A stretch of 64,000 nt of DNA. It comes from Octopus sinensis (lineage: Eukaryota). The notes under the pieces are model-generated. The model had not been told where the DNA came from and did not search any database. It worked only from the letters and a program-made list of their open reading frames with translations. The position numbers and the translations under genes are program-made. This document shows positions 1 to 14,316 of this stretch, one piece after another (within the stretch, counting starts at the first letter, position 1; the number at the start of each line of letters is the position of its first letter). Where the stretch lies: contig NC_043021.1 in NCBI RefSeq assembly GCF_006345805.1, positions 14,136,001 to 14,200,000 of the forward strand, in the 5' to 3' direction.

Positions 1-300
1 AGATGATGCTTCGATCAACAACATCAAAAACAGCGGCAGCAGCATCGATGACCAAACGTAACCGCGGGAAAGAGAAGAAAATACGGGATGACCACGACTG
101 GATCAAGACTGGGTGGGACTCGACAACAACAATGGAAGAGGCCACATTCGACATGACAACTTCTCGTTTAAACTTGTGTAACTTAATATTTTCTTCTTTT
201 GTATATGAACGATACTTTCCTTGGTGACATCTTCATTGTATTGTGAAAACATATATAGACACTTGAGAAAATACCTTTATAATAATAATATCTATATCTA

Positions 301-379
<79 letters not shown>

Positions 380-2094
380 ATGCGTTTTTTTTGTATCCGT
401 TATTTCGTAGCAAAGTCGTGCTTGGCTGTAAACATTTAACTAATCTTGCAAAAACTACCTGTGCATGTATATAACTGCACACACATACATACATATATAT
501 ATATATACACACACACATACATATAAAATGAATGTGTGTTTACTGTTATGTAATATATACTTTTTGTATCTTTCTGAAAACAAGTACTCTCTCTCTCTCT
601 CTATATATATATATATGTATGTATGTATGTATATTTTATATATATTTCCCCACGTTAGTAGTGTGTACATTCTAGAACTTCTAGAAAAAACTTTCTTTTT
701 CCCTTATTATTTGTTGTATCTGTTTTTCAAATTTATTTTTCAACTTTATCTTTCCTTTTTATTTTTTACAGCTGATAAATATAAATATTTATCCCGGTTG
801 CGTAGTAACCATATTTTTTTCTTAATCCATTGATACCTGTGTTTACTTTTTAATCTACCGCACCCCATCCCCCCATCGAAAGCTCTTTCAATCACTGTCT
901 AATCTCTCTGGTTGTCTGGCTCTCTCTCTCCATATATATATACGCCTGTCTTTCTCTGTGCGTGTCTGTCTCTATCTCTTTTTACAATGTCTTTCTCTCT
1001 CTCTCTCTCTCGCTCTCTGACTTTCTAGACCAATAGTTCTTAGAATACAATGCCCTTGTCTTGTCTTCTATGAAGCATGTCACGTGCTATCTGTTTACCA
1101 TTATGTAACAGTATTAGTGGGAATTATTTACTCTAATTACACTGATTACAGCGATGAGGATGCTGTTGGTATTTCGCAGCCAGCGATCGCAGATTCTCAA
1201 ATACACCTTAATTAGTTATGTACCTCACACTAATTAACCCCACCACCACACACACACACACTGCAACACTCAGCATATCAAAATACACGGTTTGTGTGTC
1301 GGGTCGCTCAACTGTGAAATGTCTCACTACTACCATCACTGTTTTTATTACCTACTTTTTTTTTTCTCTTTTTATATAAAATAACCTATTTTTCCCTATC
1401 TCAGCTTTATACCACTAACAACCTTTGGGTAAAGTTTGAATGCCACAACTTCCAATTTCTGCTCCCTTGATTCCTTTTTTTTTTGTTTTTTGTTGTTTTT
1501 TTTTCTTGAGGATGGCGGTGAAATCTTTGGCAATTTGCCTAAACTTGATGAGGAGGAATACAGAGGAACCCTCACACTATCCCCCAAATCAATTGACTGA
1601 CGGGGGAGCATTTTAGCCTACATATTTGTGACATTTTGCCAATGTTAAGAAAGCATTATTATTGAGACACCGGATGAATGAATATATACATATATTTAAC
1701 AATACAACTCATATATACACACCATACACATAAAAATAATATATTAAATATGGCATCTATATGTGTGTATACATTTATATAAATATATAAACGTGTGTGT
1801 GTATGTATGTATGTATGGTTGTTTTTACATCAAGTTCTATTGAAATCAATTTTACATTAAACTGAAGGATTACTTCATGCTTTTTGTTGAGTATATATAT
1901 GTATTTATTCTCTAACAAGAATAGTGTTGATATCACATTGAAGTTATGGCCTGCTTAGCATTCATTGGAGTGTCTGATAAAGGCTAAGCAGACCAAAATT
2001 TCAAAATCACTGTCAACACTATTCTTGTTAAAGATAAAATTATATATATATATATATATATATATTAGAAGGTTTGGAGATGATGTACAGGTAT

Positions 2095-2302
2095 TATATA
2101 TTAGAAGAAATAAGGTACTCAGAAATCTGGATGGTTTTATATTTACAGATATTTATTAATATGTCACGTGTTTTTATAAATCATGTATTAGCGCTTGCGT
2201 CCACTCCAGTGGAGATTTATAAAGACATGTGACATATTGATAAATATCTTGTGAATATAAAACCATCCAGATTTCTGAGTACTTTATTTCTTCTAATATA
2301 TA
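2095..2302. repeat. Hairpin element (~88-bp inverted arms) next to (TA)n
   Basis: tattagaagaaataaggtactcagaaatctggatgg... versus ...ccatccagatttctgagtactttatttcttctaata. Confidence 0.8.
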
Positions 2303-2675
2303 TAATCTGAATAATAAAACAGTTATTTTAACACCTCTTTAATGTTAAAGATGTTAAAGTATTTTTTGTCTTATTATTTGGATTTGTGTTTACTCTTTGC
2401 TACACCCACACAATGGTTTTGCTGTCGTGAAAAAAGGATTTTTACACCTGAAGAATTTTAGTGTAGCCCAGAACAAGCGTTGAGTGCTTCTCTGGAAATA
2501 CCCTACCTTTGTACTCTACCACTCATTATATATATATATATATACTCACACATACATAGTTCCACCATCTACATTCACACATACCTGTTTGTATATATTC
2601 GTTAGTGAAAGATTTAGATCTCTGGGTTGAAGACTTACTTTAATGTCACAAGTATGGAAAAAAAAATTGACTTAC

Positions 2676-2770
2676 TTATTTGATTTTTTGTGTTCATTTT
2701 CCTTAAGGAGGACCTCTGTGCCCTCATCTGTAATGTTGTCACCATCATCCCTCAGAGTATCGCGATCCAG
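2676..2770 (-). other. Putative exon of an unidentified minus-strand transcript
   Basis: Pyrimidine tract ...gtgaag|LDRDTLRDDGDNITDEGTEVLLKENEHKKSN|gtaagt. 95 nt with an open frame, but no recognised homology. Confidence 0.35.
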
Positions 2771-3381
2771 CTTCACATTGAATACACAGGAAGAAAAAGG
2801 TAGAAGAAAAAAAATAGAATTAATTTAATGAATTAGTAATTTCTTTAGTATTTGAAGAGGAGATTTGAAAGAAGGAAAACAATTTAGTTTGCTTTGCTGG
2901 AAGTTTCTAGATTTCTAAATATGTAATTACTTAATTAATCCAACATCTATTGAAATAATGTAATGGAGAAGCAGTAGTGATATGTTTGTATTATTATACT
3001 GTGCTGAAGTGGTGTTTGTTGTGCTATGGGATGAAAAATAGACGAACTTCACCAGGCAGTTCTCTTTAATCACAGTATTAAAAAATCTATGTGCATATAT
3101 ATATATATATATATCTGCAGATGAGATCTAAGACTGCTCAAGTGATTTGAACAAACTCTCTGAAACCTATGTGTATATATTTGGTATATGAAACCCAAGC
3201 AGTTTTATTTGTTTCTTTGCACACACACATTTTTTTATACTGTGATTAAAGGGCACTGCCTATACATACACACACACACACACACAAAATGTTATGAAAA
3301 TCACTGTGCATTTATAGTATGTTAATAAAAATATAACTGCATGGAGACTTTTAAACACATTGTATCTCTCTCTATTTCTCC

Positions 3382-3413
<32 letters not shown>

Positions 3414-6400
3414 TAATGTATGTGTGTGGATGCATGTATATCTACACTGTTTTCATTGGTTTTACTTTTGATCTTGATCAATTGTCTTATTCCTCTGTCT
3501 TAATTACAAAAGTGTAGACTTGATTTGAACTAGCGACCTTTACTCTTGTACTAAAAGTAACAACATTCTTATCCACTCAGCCACTGACACATGTACAGTG
3601 TTATTACTTTTAGTTTATAAACTGAAGTTCCAAGTTCATATCAACCCCGGTCCTATTGTGCACATCCAGGCAGGAATAAGATTCCTGATGACAACTGAAA
3701 CTTGCTGTGAATATAAATATTGCAAGATTTCTTGCAAAAATGAATATCATTAGTGTGACAGTTTAATCCATTGAACAGCTTATCTCGGACATTAAAAATG
3801 TGTATGCATTTGGATGTACATAAGAGGGAATGAAGAATGTACTCTATACATGTAGTAGAGTAGGGTTAATAGTACTCTACTCAAAATGTAGTTCTCTGCA
3901 TGTAGTAGAAGTCGAACATTTATTCAAAACTGAGACTTCACACTGTTGTCTATTTTGAGTTTCTTATTACTATCATGTCCTTAAGTCACCATGAGGAACT
4001 TAACTGGAAACTTATATATATATATATATATTTATGTATTCGTTATTAGTGATGGAAGTGACATTAGTTAAAAATAGCATTCTGTATATCATACTTAACA
4101 CAGATACATGTTGAAAGCCTGGAAATTGCTGCTGTATTTGTCTTGCCAAAGCAGCTCTTATGAATATATAGTGTGAAAAGAAACAACAAAAAACAAAGAT
4201 ATATATCAGTCACAAAAGACAGCACCAGTGACCATCACTCCTGATATATTTCTGTGGTTTTTAATGCTATATGTCTATAAGAGATTCTATTTAAAATGAA
4301 TGCTGCAGTTTATCTGAGTATATATCTGCATTAAGTATAGTATACAGAATGCATACATATACATGCCAATATGAGAGGCAGAACAAAGTAGAATATTTAT
4401 ATTATTTTATCAGAGCTGAGGAATTCCATCACTGACTTAACAGCCAACAGTTTCTTGCAAACTTATTGTATAGTTTGATTAGTGTGTTTTGCACAAAACT
4501 CTTGGCCCTTGAATCACCGTTGTAGTTTCTCAGCAATGTATAAAATTATATATGTGTTTGTCTTACAAAGGGCCCTGTCTAAAATGTTTATCTCGTCTCT
4601 TCTTAATGCCACCCAGCTCTAAAATGCACCACTTCAGTTTATGATTCTAAATTCAGGCATGACCATCACTAGATCATATCTGTTTCAGTTCTAATTTTAC
4701 TGACTGTCCCTTCATTATTTCTGTAGACTGTTTGAAACTTAAGTTTTTCTTGACCCTTTAGCATTCAGATTATTCTATCAGGTTTAACACTTATTTATTC
4801 ACTTTGTTTTGAACTGATCATGACTTTGATGATGTAATTGTGTAATTTTAAAATGACATTATCAGGTAGGTGTGAGAGGCTGCATCTGGCCAGTTTGAAT
4901 TTAAAACGAGTAGAATATTTGTGCCTGATATGACTGGTTTAAATGCTAAAGGGTTAATTTTAGCAACATCTTTTATACAACAAGGACCTTTATTACACCT
5001 ATAATTCTTATGAAGGAATTACATGTCTTATCTATATTCCTTCATAATAATTACAGGTGTTTACTATACAGAACAGCTTGTGTTTATAACTCCTGTATAC
5101 TACACTCTCTGTATTACCCTTGAAAGAGTACAATCTTTGTGGTAGTCTTGTATAGAACAGCTTATGCACATCACTCATCTGTATAGAACTCTGACTCTGT
5201 AATACTCTTATACAGTATAATCAATGAGTATCTTTCTGTACAGCACAGTTTCTTTGTGTATCCTTCCCGTACAGATCAGCACTTGTACCATTCAACATCT
5301 GTTTATATATCCTTTAAAACAATAATTCTGTGGCACACTTATACAACACAACCTCTGAGTATCTCTCTCTCCTGTACAGCACACTTTCTCTGAGTATCCT
5401 TCCTGTGCAGCATGGTGTCTCTGTTAAGTTGTATTGTTTACTCCTTGCACCAGCTTCTGTGTCACCATACTGTTCTACACCAAAACACACACACCTTCGT
5501 TTACCTTTTGGCTCTCACGGAAACCCTTTGTCCTCTGCACCAGTACTGCTATGCATTTGTACTGTGAGGGTTAGCACAGCGGTCCCTAACCTCCTGCACC
5601 ACAGACTGGTTTCATGCGAGGCAAATTTTCCCCACAGACTGGGGAGATCACATGCATAACGAAACACAATAAAACTTATAATATATAATCTAATTATTAC
5701 ATATACATTATATATATATATAATACATATGTAACGCAAAAACATGCTGCAGACTGTGATAGTCTATAAAATAGAATAAAATTTAAAAATTTATTCTTTC
5801 TCTGCAGCCCAGTATCAAAATGATCCCTGGTGCTGGGCTGCAGTTAGAGGACGACATTTATTATATATAGAGAAGAGATGGTCGTTTATTCATTAGATGT
5901 GTTGCTGCTGATGCCTATGAGGAGGATGATGATGATAACAATGGTGGTGGTGGTGTTGACTCATGGTTGTGGTATTGAATGATAGCACTGAAGATTTTTG
6001 GGGAGTGACACTTGTCTGTAATTGTTCGGATTACTTGCTTGGTTTGTTTTAGTTACTTTCCCCGTGATGTGAATGAAATCTCATGCTTCAGTCGTGCTAA
6101 AACAGACACACACACTCACACACACACACACACACACAAAGCTTTGCAATTATACAAAATGGTTGGTGGATTAAATTGACAGACCTTGTTTTAGGCCAAA
6201 ATGCTGTGTCATTTCCTTTGGCTCTTTGCAATCTGAGTTCAAATTACATATATTCATATCTATGTGTTCATGTATATGTTTGTATATATATATATATATA
6301 TATATACTCACACACACACGTTTATATACACAGTAGAAATATGTGCACACACAATTTCAATGTATGGAGCTTGCTTAATTATTTCCATTTTCTGATACTT

Positions 6401-7185
6401 AATCACAGTACACATATGCGCATTTGTACGTACATGCATTTATACATACACGCATTTATACATACACGCATTTATACATACATGCATTTATACATACATA
6501 CATGTGTATATACATATATAATCTGTACTAATGTGAATTTCAATATGAATCTCATTTTCTTTTTTTTCTTTTTTTTTCTCAGGTAATGTTTACAAATGTA
6601 CCTGTTATTGAGAATGCATACATACATATATATGTACACACACACATTCATCCAGACACATGCATACAAATACACTCCCCCTCTCTCTCTTTCCTACTCA
6701 TGAAGGAGCCTCCCCCCAGTCCTTTCACCACCACTCTGTAGATACCAGAAAGAAGGACACACAGACATTATCTTTTCACACACACTCCCACACACATTTT
6801 ACCATTATTATAAGCTACCTAACAATCCAAATTTGCAAACTGTACTAAGACCATTTATCCTTTTACTAGATCTAGTCTATTACTATCAGCTGTATTGAAC
6901 CCTTGCTCACAAAATACATTATTGTTGCTTTACATCTGCTTTTCCATGGTAGCATGGGTTGGGTGGGTTTTATGAGGTGGTGTTTTACAGCCAGATGTCC
7001 TTCCTGTTCCCAATCCTCTGACTCACTTAATCACCACTTATGGCATGCAGGGATGTGGTGTAACTATTTTTGAAATGGGAATACAGAATAATCTAAACTT
7101 AATACATTTAGGTTTCCCCTTTTCTCTCCCTACACACACACCATAATACATATATATACATACATACATTATATATATCTATATG

Positions 7186-7218
<33 letters not shown>

Positions 7219-9012
7219 ACACACACACACACACATATATATCTTTGTATACACATTTGACAGCAACCTCTTTTAAGTCATTGAGGTAGACTGTTGGTCA
7301 TTCAACCTTCTAGAAGCAACAGCTAAATCTCACTCAAATCATGCTATAACTGTTTTTAAATGGGAATGACACATGGGATAATCTAAAACAGAAAATGGGA
7401 TGATCTTGGCCAGAGAACCTTTGACTATATGTCTGCTTGGTCAGAGCTGACCTGGGGTTAAATAATAACAACACCTTTGAATGTTAACTGTGTCTGTCTT
7501 AGATTCTTAGTTCATGCGAAAACAACGGACTGCAGTTAAGACTAGTGTCTTCTGTTCTATGATTCTGAACCAACCTGCTATTAGTTAGAGCTGGTTGCTT
7601 CATGTTTGTTGTTGTTGCTATTGTTTATAACCCAGACCAACCCTGATTTTGCAGACCAGTTTGTCAAAAGTGCTTCCAACCAGGACCATTCTATCTACCT
7701 CTAATGTATCCTTCTCGAAGACAGTCATATGTGGTTCAAGACAGATTTACCTCATTATAACTGCTATTTGTTGGTGTTAGTTCTGTCCATTTATTTAACA
7801 TTCCAGAATCTTAGCAGCATTGAAGTAGAATAATATTAAACCTGTTCACTGTCATAGAAGTGGGACTTATTTATTTAATTTGTGTCCTTAGAAACTCTAC
7901 CACTTCACCTCTTTCCAAGCTTGGGCAATAACTTATCTTCTTAAAACCTGGGGGAAAAAACACATACGCAATGGTTGTTGTTTGGCCAAAGGTTCTTACC
8001 TAGGTTTAATTGTGGTTTTTTGATCAAAATGTTGGGGCACCCCCTCCACCGTTGATTTTCTTTTTTGTTTTTTTTTTTAAAAACCATTTTCCTTTGGGTG
8101 TAAGTTCAAGGTCTTTGTTTGTTGACCAATTTTAGAGGTTGCTAACAATGACCTTATTCTACTTGCACTTTGCCCTTCAAGAAACTTGGTCACTAGTGCT
8201 ACAACCATTTCAAGGGCATTTTTTTCCAGCTATATGAATATATATATATATATGTGTGTGTGTGGGTGTATGTGTGCACACCTGTATATATATGTATAAT
8301 CATATATAAAACGTATGATTATTTTTTTCATACGAAAACATAAAAGCACTTATGTGTATGTATGTGTGTGGCTACAAAGAAACACTCTGAGACTTCACAC
8401 AGCTGTCATCATGCTGAGATGTCTGCACTCATCCTCTGTCACCTGCCGATCAATGCAGCCATTTCAGTTAGTGCTTGGCCAGCTGTATGGATGGAAACAA
8501 AAAGTTATTGAACGAGGAGTTTGTTGCTTCATACATACTGTAAACAAAGCCATTCTATCCATGCTTGCATGGTTAGAATGGATTTGAAAATGAACCGGGG
8601 GGTTAAAAAAAAAAAAAAAAGAAGACAAATCAAAGGTTTTTTTTCCACCCCTGACCCCATGACTTTTGATCTTCTCATCACTGAGATTTGTTATGCCAGA
8701 AATAAATTGAGGTGGGTATAATTGGTAGGGCTTTAAAACTACATTAGAATACATATTTGATACAGGGTGGGGGTTGGTTATAGATTATGCTATCACGTCA
8801 ATTGTTATATGCATATCAGGAGTACCCTTTATCTGATGGCTTCCGCAGTTTCTGTTCATTCCATTTTCACACATAAAGCTCAAGAAGATTCTTATCCAAG
8901 GTGATCGAGCCCAAAGCATCATCACAATTGCAAAGCAAGCGTCTTAACCATCTGACACCAATGTACGAGCGCATGTGCACACAGACATTACATACACCAT
9001 ATACATGTCTAT

Positions 9013-9226
9013 GGGCGGCGAGCTGGCAGAAACGTTAGCACGCCGGGTGAAATGCGTAGCTGTATTTCGTCTGCCGTTAAATATTCTGGGTTCAAATTCC
9101 GCCTAGGTCGACTTTGCCTTTCATCCTTTCGGGGTCGATAAATTAAGTACCAGTTACGCACTGGGGTCGATGTAATCGACTTAATCCCTTTGTCTGTCCT
9201 TGCTTAGCCCCTTGTGGGTAGTAAAG
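9013..9226 (+). mobile_element. SINE family A (tRNA-like head GGCGGCGAGCTGGCAGAAACGTTAG; core GCCTTTCATCCTTTCGGGGTCGAT)
   Basis: Multiple copies: ~12420-12590(+), 40300-40531(-), 43350-43765(-, partial tandem duplication), 53590-53827(-), 58457-58670(+), 60669-60900(-). Confidence 0.85.
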
Positions 9227-9925
9227 ACATACATATACATGTCTAAATATCACGACAAAGATCTCACATGTTCCGGTGTCATATCTACTAAAACGTTGAC
9301 ATAAGTCACTTAAAAAACAAATCCGATATATAAAGCATAGCTAAGTGGCAACAAATACTCGCAACAGTAATTTCTGTTGTGTAGGCATGTTTAATTAAAT
9401 AAGTGGAGCTTTACTTGCATATAACAATAGTTCTTCATACATTTTGAGTAGTTAGATCAGCAACTAGATGTAGATATTTCCAGGTCAAACAGGCCCAAGC
9501 TGTGCTTTCTGTCACAATGGCTAAAGAATACTTGTAACCTGAAATCTCAGATATCCTGAGCACTGTGGTCTGTTGTGTATAACACTTAGCACTTTTTTTG
9601 ATAAAGGCAATTCTTGGAACTCTTGGCACTTGAGCCCCTCTTTTAACTTCTTAACTGGTCATGTGTGTATACAGTCACACACATACACACACATTAATGT
9701 TTGTTTTTATGTTCAGTTATGATAAAAACAATTGTACATTAATCTGATGGGTTACTCTATGCTTTTGTAGAGTACAAGTTTATTTTCTTAAACAAGATGT
9801 TGTTGACTGTGACTTCAAAGTTTTGGCTGGCTAAGTCATCATCAAACTCTAATGCCATTGCAGTTTGATGAGGGCTTAGCTGGCCAAAGCTTTGCAATCA
9901 ATGTCAACAACATTCTTATTTAAGG

Positions 9926-9994
<69 letters not shown>

Positions 9995-10912
9995 CATACA
10001 TACACACACACACATGTATTATGTTTTTCTAGTTTGTTTATTTGTTCCACTAAGCACTTGTATATTATACACATACATACACAGAAGCTTGTGGCTATTC
10101 GTTTAAGATGTTTGATTTGCACTCGCATGGTTTTTGGGTTAGATCCTTTTGGATGGCACCTTGGGCAAATGTCTTCTGCTCTAGCCTTGGGCTGACTGAT
10201 GCTTTGTGAGTGAAATTTAGAAGGTAGAAACTTGGTGTGCGTTTTGTTTCCACATGTCTTCATATTGACACTCCTTGGTTAGAAGGACTTGTGTTTGATC
10301 TTGCAGCTTGGTGTTTTCAATATTTGAAGAGCAGTGGAATAAAGTACCTGCCTTGAAGATGAGGGTTAACATCAGGAAGGACATCAGGCCAGAGAATACT
10401 CCCTCATGAATTCTTGTCCAACTCATATCAGCATGGGGAAAACAGTCATGATGAAAACACTATGTACATACATGAATATATGTATGTATACTCTTTTACT
10501 TGTTTCAGTCATTTGACTGCGGCCATGCTGGAGCACCGCCTTTAGTCGAGACTTATTCTTTGTAAGCCCAGTACTTATTCTATCGGTATAGATATATATA
10601 TAAACAAACTTCTATGTAGGTCTACATACATACATACATTCACACACACATACATACACATTCAAACATGCATTTGTGTCTATGTAAACCCACATGAATA
10701 ATTTTGATTATGTATATGTGCCTGTATACAAATACACCCCATTTCACACACCTACATAAGAGGGAATTTAATAAAAATGATTTTAAAAATTACATAAAGA
10801 AAAATATTACTGGTAAAATTTTCTTTGTATAAATTTTAAAATCATTTTTATTAAATCATCTCTTAAATTGAAATGCCTCAGACTTCCATCTGTGCTATTT
10901 CCACCTCCATCT

Positions 10913-10951
<39 letters not shown>

Positions 10952-12264
10952 CACATAATTCAGTGTATTTTTAGTTTTGAAATCCTGTGACACAAACTTT
11001 TACTGATGACAGCTTTTTGCAGTAACTCTAACTTCACGGACCATCAGGTGACAATTTTCAGAGATCACAGCACACACTGCAACCACATGACCATTTTATA
11101 TACCCACACACACAAACGTGATTATAGATATATCTGCAAGTATATATGAATACGACACAAACATGCATTTATATAGTCGTAAATTTCTCTCCCTTATTCT
11201 CGTGTGTGTGTGTCTATGTATGTGTATATTTTATATACATACATACATACATATATATATATATGTAAATTTAGTTAGAGACATAGATATGTAGATATAT
11301 CTGCAAGTATATGTGAATACATACATAAATGTATGCATACCCACAGATTTCTTTATTACTCTCATATTTGTGTATGTGTATATATATCTATATATATATA
11401 TGTATATATAGGTAGATAGATAGAAATATTGATACATAGATGTGTAGGTATACAGATATATAATAAAACATATATGAATAAATACACAATGCCAGTATCT
11501 ATACACTCTGATCGCTCTCGCTTTTTCTCATATTTATAAATATTTAAACAGCTAGACAGGCATACATAGACTATATAAAAGTAAACTCTATCACACTTAA
11601 AACACTGCTTCCTACTTCAAGAGTTAATGTTTCCTAAAAACAAAACAATAAAAAATGGTAATTGCTTGTAGTATTTTTGTTATTTTGTGTGTTTTTTTTT
11701 TAAATTTCATTATGGCTTTTTTCCTTTAAACACTTTTGTTTTATTGTGGAAATACTGCTTTTAAGCCATTCTTCGGTTCTTTTCCCCCACCCCCCATTTT
11801 TTCTGTGTACATGTTTTCTATCCATTCCATTGTTTCATTGTTCAATGGAATATATATATGTATATATATATATATATATATGTATATACATACACATATA
11901 TATATACACACGTATATATACTTATGCATACATATACACACACGTATATATACATGTACACACTCACACACACACCACATTGGGTTGTTGGATAAATTTG
12001 TTGGGTTTTTTTTTGAGTCCGCTTGACATTTCATTGCCATGTGTGAAAAGAGATAAAATCTATTGAAATTGGAAAAAAAAAAAAGAAAAACAAACAAACA
12101 AGTTGTAGAAGAAGAAGAAGACTAGAGCTACACAATAAAAGCCCCATGACATATGGGAAAATTATTTTCCATGTTAATTCAAACAAATTTGGAAATTAAT
12201 AGAGAAAAAAAAATGAATGAATTTATCTGAGAAGCTCAATACATTGCACAAAATCTAGAGCTCC

Positions 12265-12297
<33 letters not shown>

Positions 12298-13074
12298 TTA
12301 TTTCCATACTTTTTACTCTTTCTCCTGTTTGTTCTCCCTCTCACTTTCTCCTTTTTCGTCTTCCCTTTCTCTAACTTTCTCACTACCACCATATGTTAAT
12401 TAACATTAATTTCAAATTAAGGCAACAAACTAGCAGAATTGTTAACATGCCAGGCGAAATGCTTAGTGGCATTTCGTCCTGTCTTGACATTCTGAGTTCA
12501 AATTCTACCAGGGTTGACTTTGCCTTTCATCCTTTCGGGGTCGATGAAATAAGTACCAGTTGAGTACTGGGGTCGATGTAATTGACTTACCCCATACCTT
12601 GAATATTAATTACAAATTGTTAATAATATTGTTTATTGTATCTTTTTTCCCCTATTTGTTTTCACTTTGATCTTTAATATTGTTTAAAAAAAAATTAACA
12701 CTGAAAAACTGACATTTTGTTCCTCTTTCTGACTTAAATAAAGTATTTACTACTTGTTTTATTGGCTTTGGATTATTATTGTTGTTGTTCTTATTATAAT
12801 TGTAGTTATTGTTTTTATTTCAAGGATTATCACCTCCACCTTAGCGAAGGTGGAGGTATTATTTTTATTTGTGTTTGTCTGTGGAAAAGATCTCAAGAAT
12901 CGCTGGATGGAATTGGTTGAAACTTGCAGTCTTGTGACTGGATTGAACTAGTTAGATTTTGGGATCAATCCAGTACCACAAGGAAAACACTGATATCTTT
13001 CAGAAATAGGACCTAGACCCGATGTGACCTTCAAAATAACTTAGATGAATGGGAAGCTCGGACTCTGCCCAGGT

Positions 13075-13630
13075 CACTGATATTGTCGGCCTATTCTTTC
13101 AAAAATTAAGGAAGAATTCCCTAATATCTGTGGAGGTTTGTATAGAGACGATGTGTTATTCGTTATTTCCGGCTCCTCTGCACAAGCAACTGATAGGGTA
13201 AAGGAAAAATTGATAAATTTTTTAGAATCACATAATTTAGATATTATATTTGAAAATGTCACTAAATGTGTTAACATATTGTATGTAACATTAAATTTAG
13301 ATAATGGCTTATTTTACCCTTACCATAAGCCTAATAAAACCATTAAGTATATCCATGCCTTATCAAATCATCCCCAAAGTGTTATTAATGGGGTAGTCAA
13401 CGATACTGGGCAGAGTAGGAACAATTCAGTGAGGAAATGGGAAATTATCTGGTTCAGGTTTCCTTTTTCCATCCAAGTCAGAAACCTCCCTAAATTATTT
13501 TTTTAGGATTATTGACAGGAATTTACCATTAGGCCATAAATACCATTCCATCTTTAATAGGTCCTGCCTTAAATTATCGTACTTAACCACACCCAACCTA
13601 TGATCTACAATTGCGGCCAACAATAGATTT
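13075..13630 (+). pseudogene. Penelope-like element reverse transcriptase/linker remnant
   Basis: GGLYRDDVLF...ILYVTLNLDNGLFYPYHKPNKTIKYIHALSNHPQSVI, then RKWEIIWFRFPFS and, after a frameshift, IIDRNLPLGHKYHSIFNRSCLKLSY. These match PLE RT, thumb and linker motifs. Internally deleted and frameshifted. Confidence 0.8.
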
Positions 13631-13634
13631 AAAC

Positions 13635-13910
13635 AGTTCTATATTTAAGAGATGAGGAATTATGTGTATTATTTACATTAATTACATTTGACGGATATTT
13701 GTCCTAATCTTGTTTGTTGTTAACACAATGTTTCGGCTGATATATCCTCCAACCTTCATTAGGTGTCTTGGGGAAATTTTGAACCTGGGTTCTCGTTCCA
13801 AAGGTATTTTCTGATATTATTATAATTATTATTATTATTCAGGTCACTGCCTGGAATCGAACTTGGAATCTTGGGGTTAGTAGCCCACACTCTTAACCAC
13901 TATGCCATAT
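13635..13910 (-). mobile_element. tRNA-headed SINE-like element with a degenerate hammerhead in its body
   Basis: Minus strand: TGGCATAGTGGTTAAG (A box) ... AGTTCGATTCC (B box), (AAT)n, then gacac-CTAATGA-AGGTTG..CAGCC-GAAA-CATT-gtgtt at 13767-13722. The same head recurs at ~42630-42708. Confidence 0.6.
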
Positions 13911-14285
13911 ATGTGTGTATATACATATATATGCAACAGGCTTCTTTCAGTTTCTATCTACCAAATCCACTCACAAGGCCTTCTTTCTTCAGTTAAGTTG
14001 CCAAATGTCCTTACTGTTTCGGGCTGTTTGTAAGAAAGCTAGTGAATGTGTACGGCAACGAAGACAAAAGACGGAGGAGATGGTACACAATAACAAATAC
14101 AAACAATGTGAATATAACAACAGGTGTCTTTCAACTGGGAATGAATCAAATTGAGCTGTGTATGAAGTGAAAGCCCGAAGGCAGGAACATAGGAGATGGA
14201 CACAAGACGTGTTGACGGTCGGCAGTCAGGCCAAGAAAGAAAGATCATGGCTGGCCGGACAGCAGTCACTTGGTAGGAGGATAGA

Positions 14286-14316
<31 letters not shown>

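Noticed and set aside
3-227. 74-aa ORF at the window edge
   Set aside because: May be the terminal exon or 3' UTR of an upstream gene, but the frame and product cannot be determined here.
221-833. YI/HT/VC-rich ORFs here and throughout the window
   Set aside because: Translations of (TA)n, (CA)n, (TC)n and (TATC)n microsatellites.
3678-3712. CTGATGA-caact-GAAA motif, and CTGATGA at ~11003
   Set aside because: Stems and NUH triplet are not convincing, so these are too degenerate to call as ribozymes.
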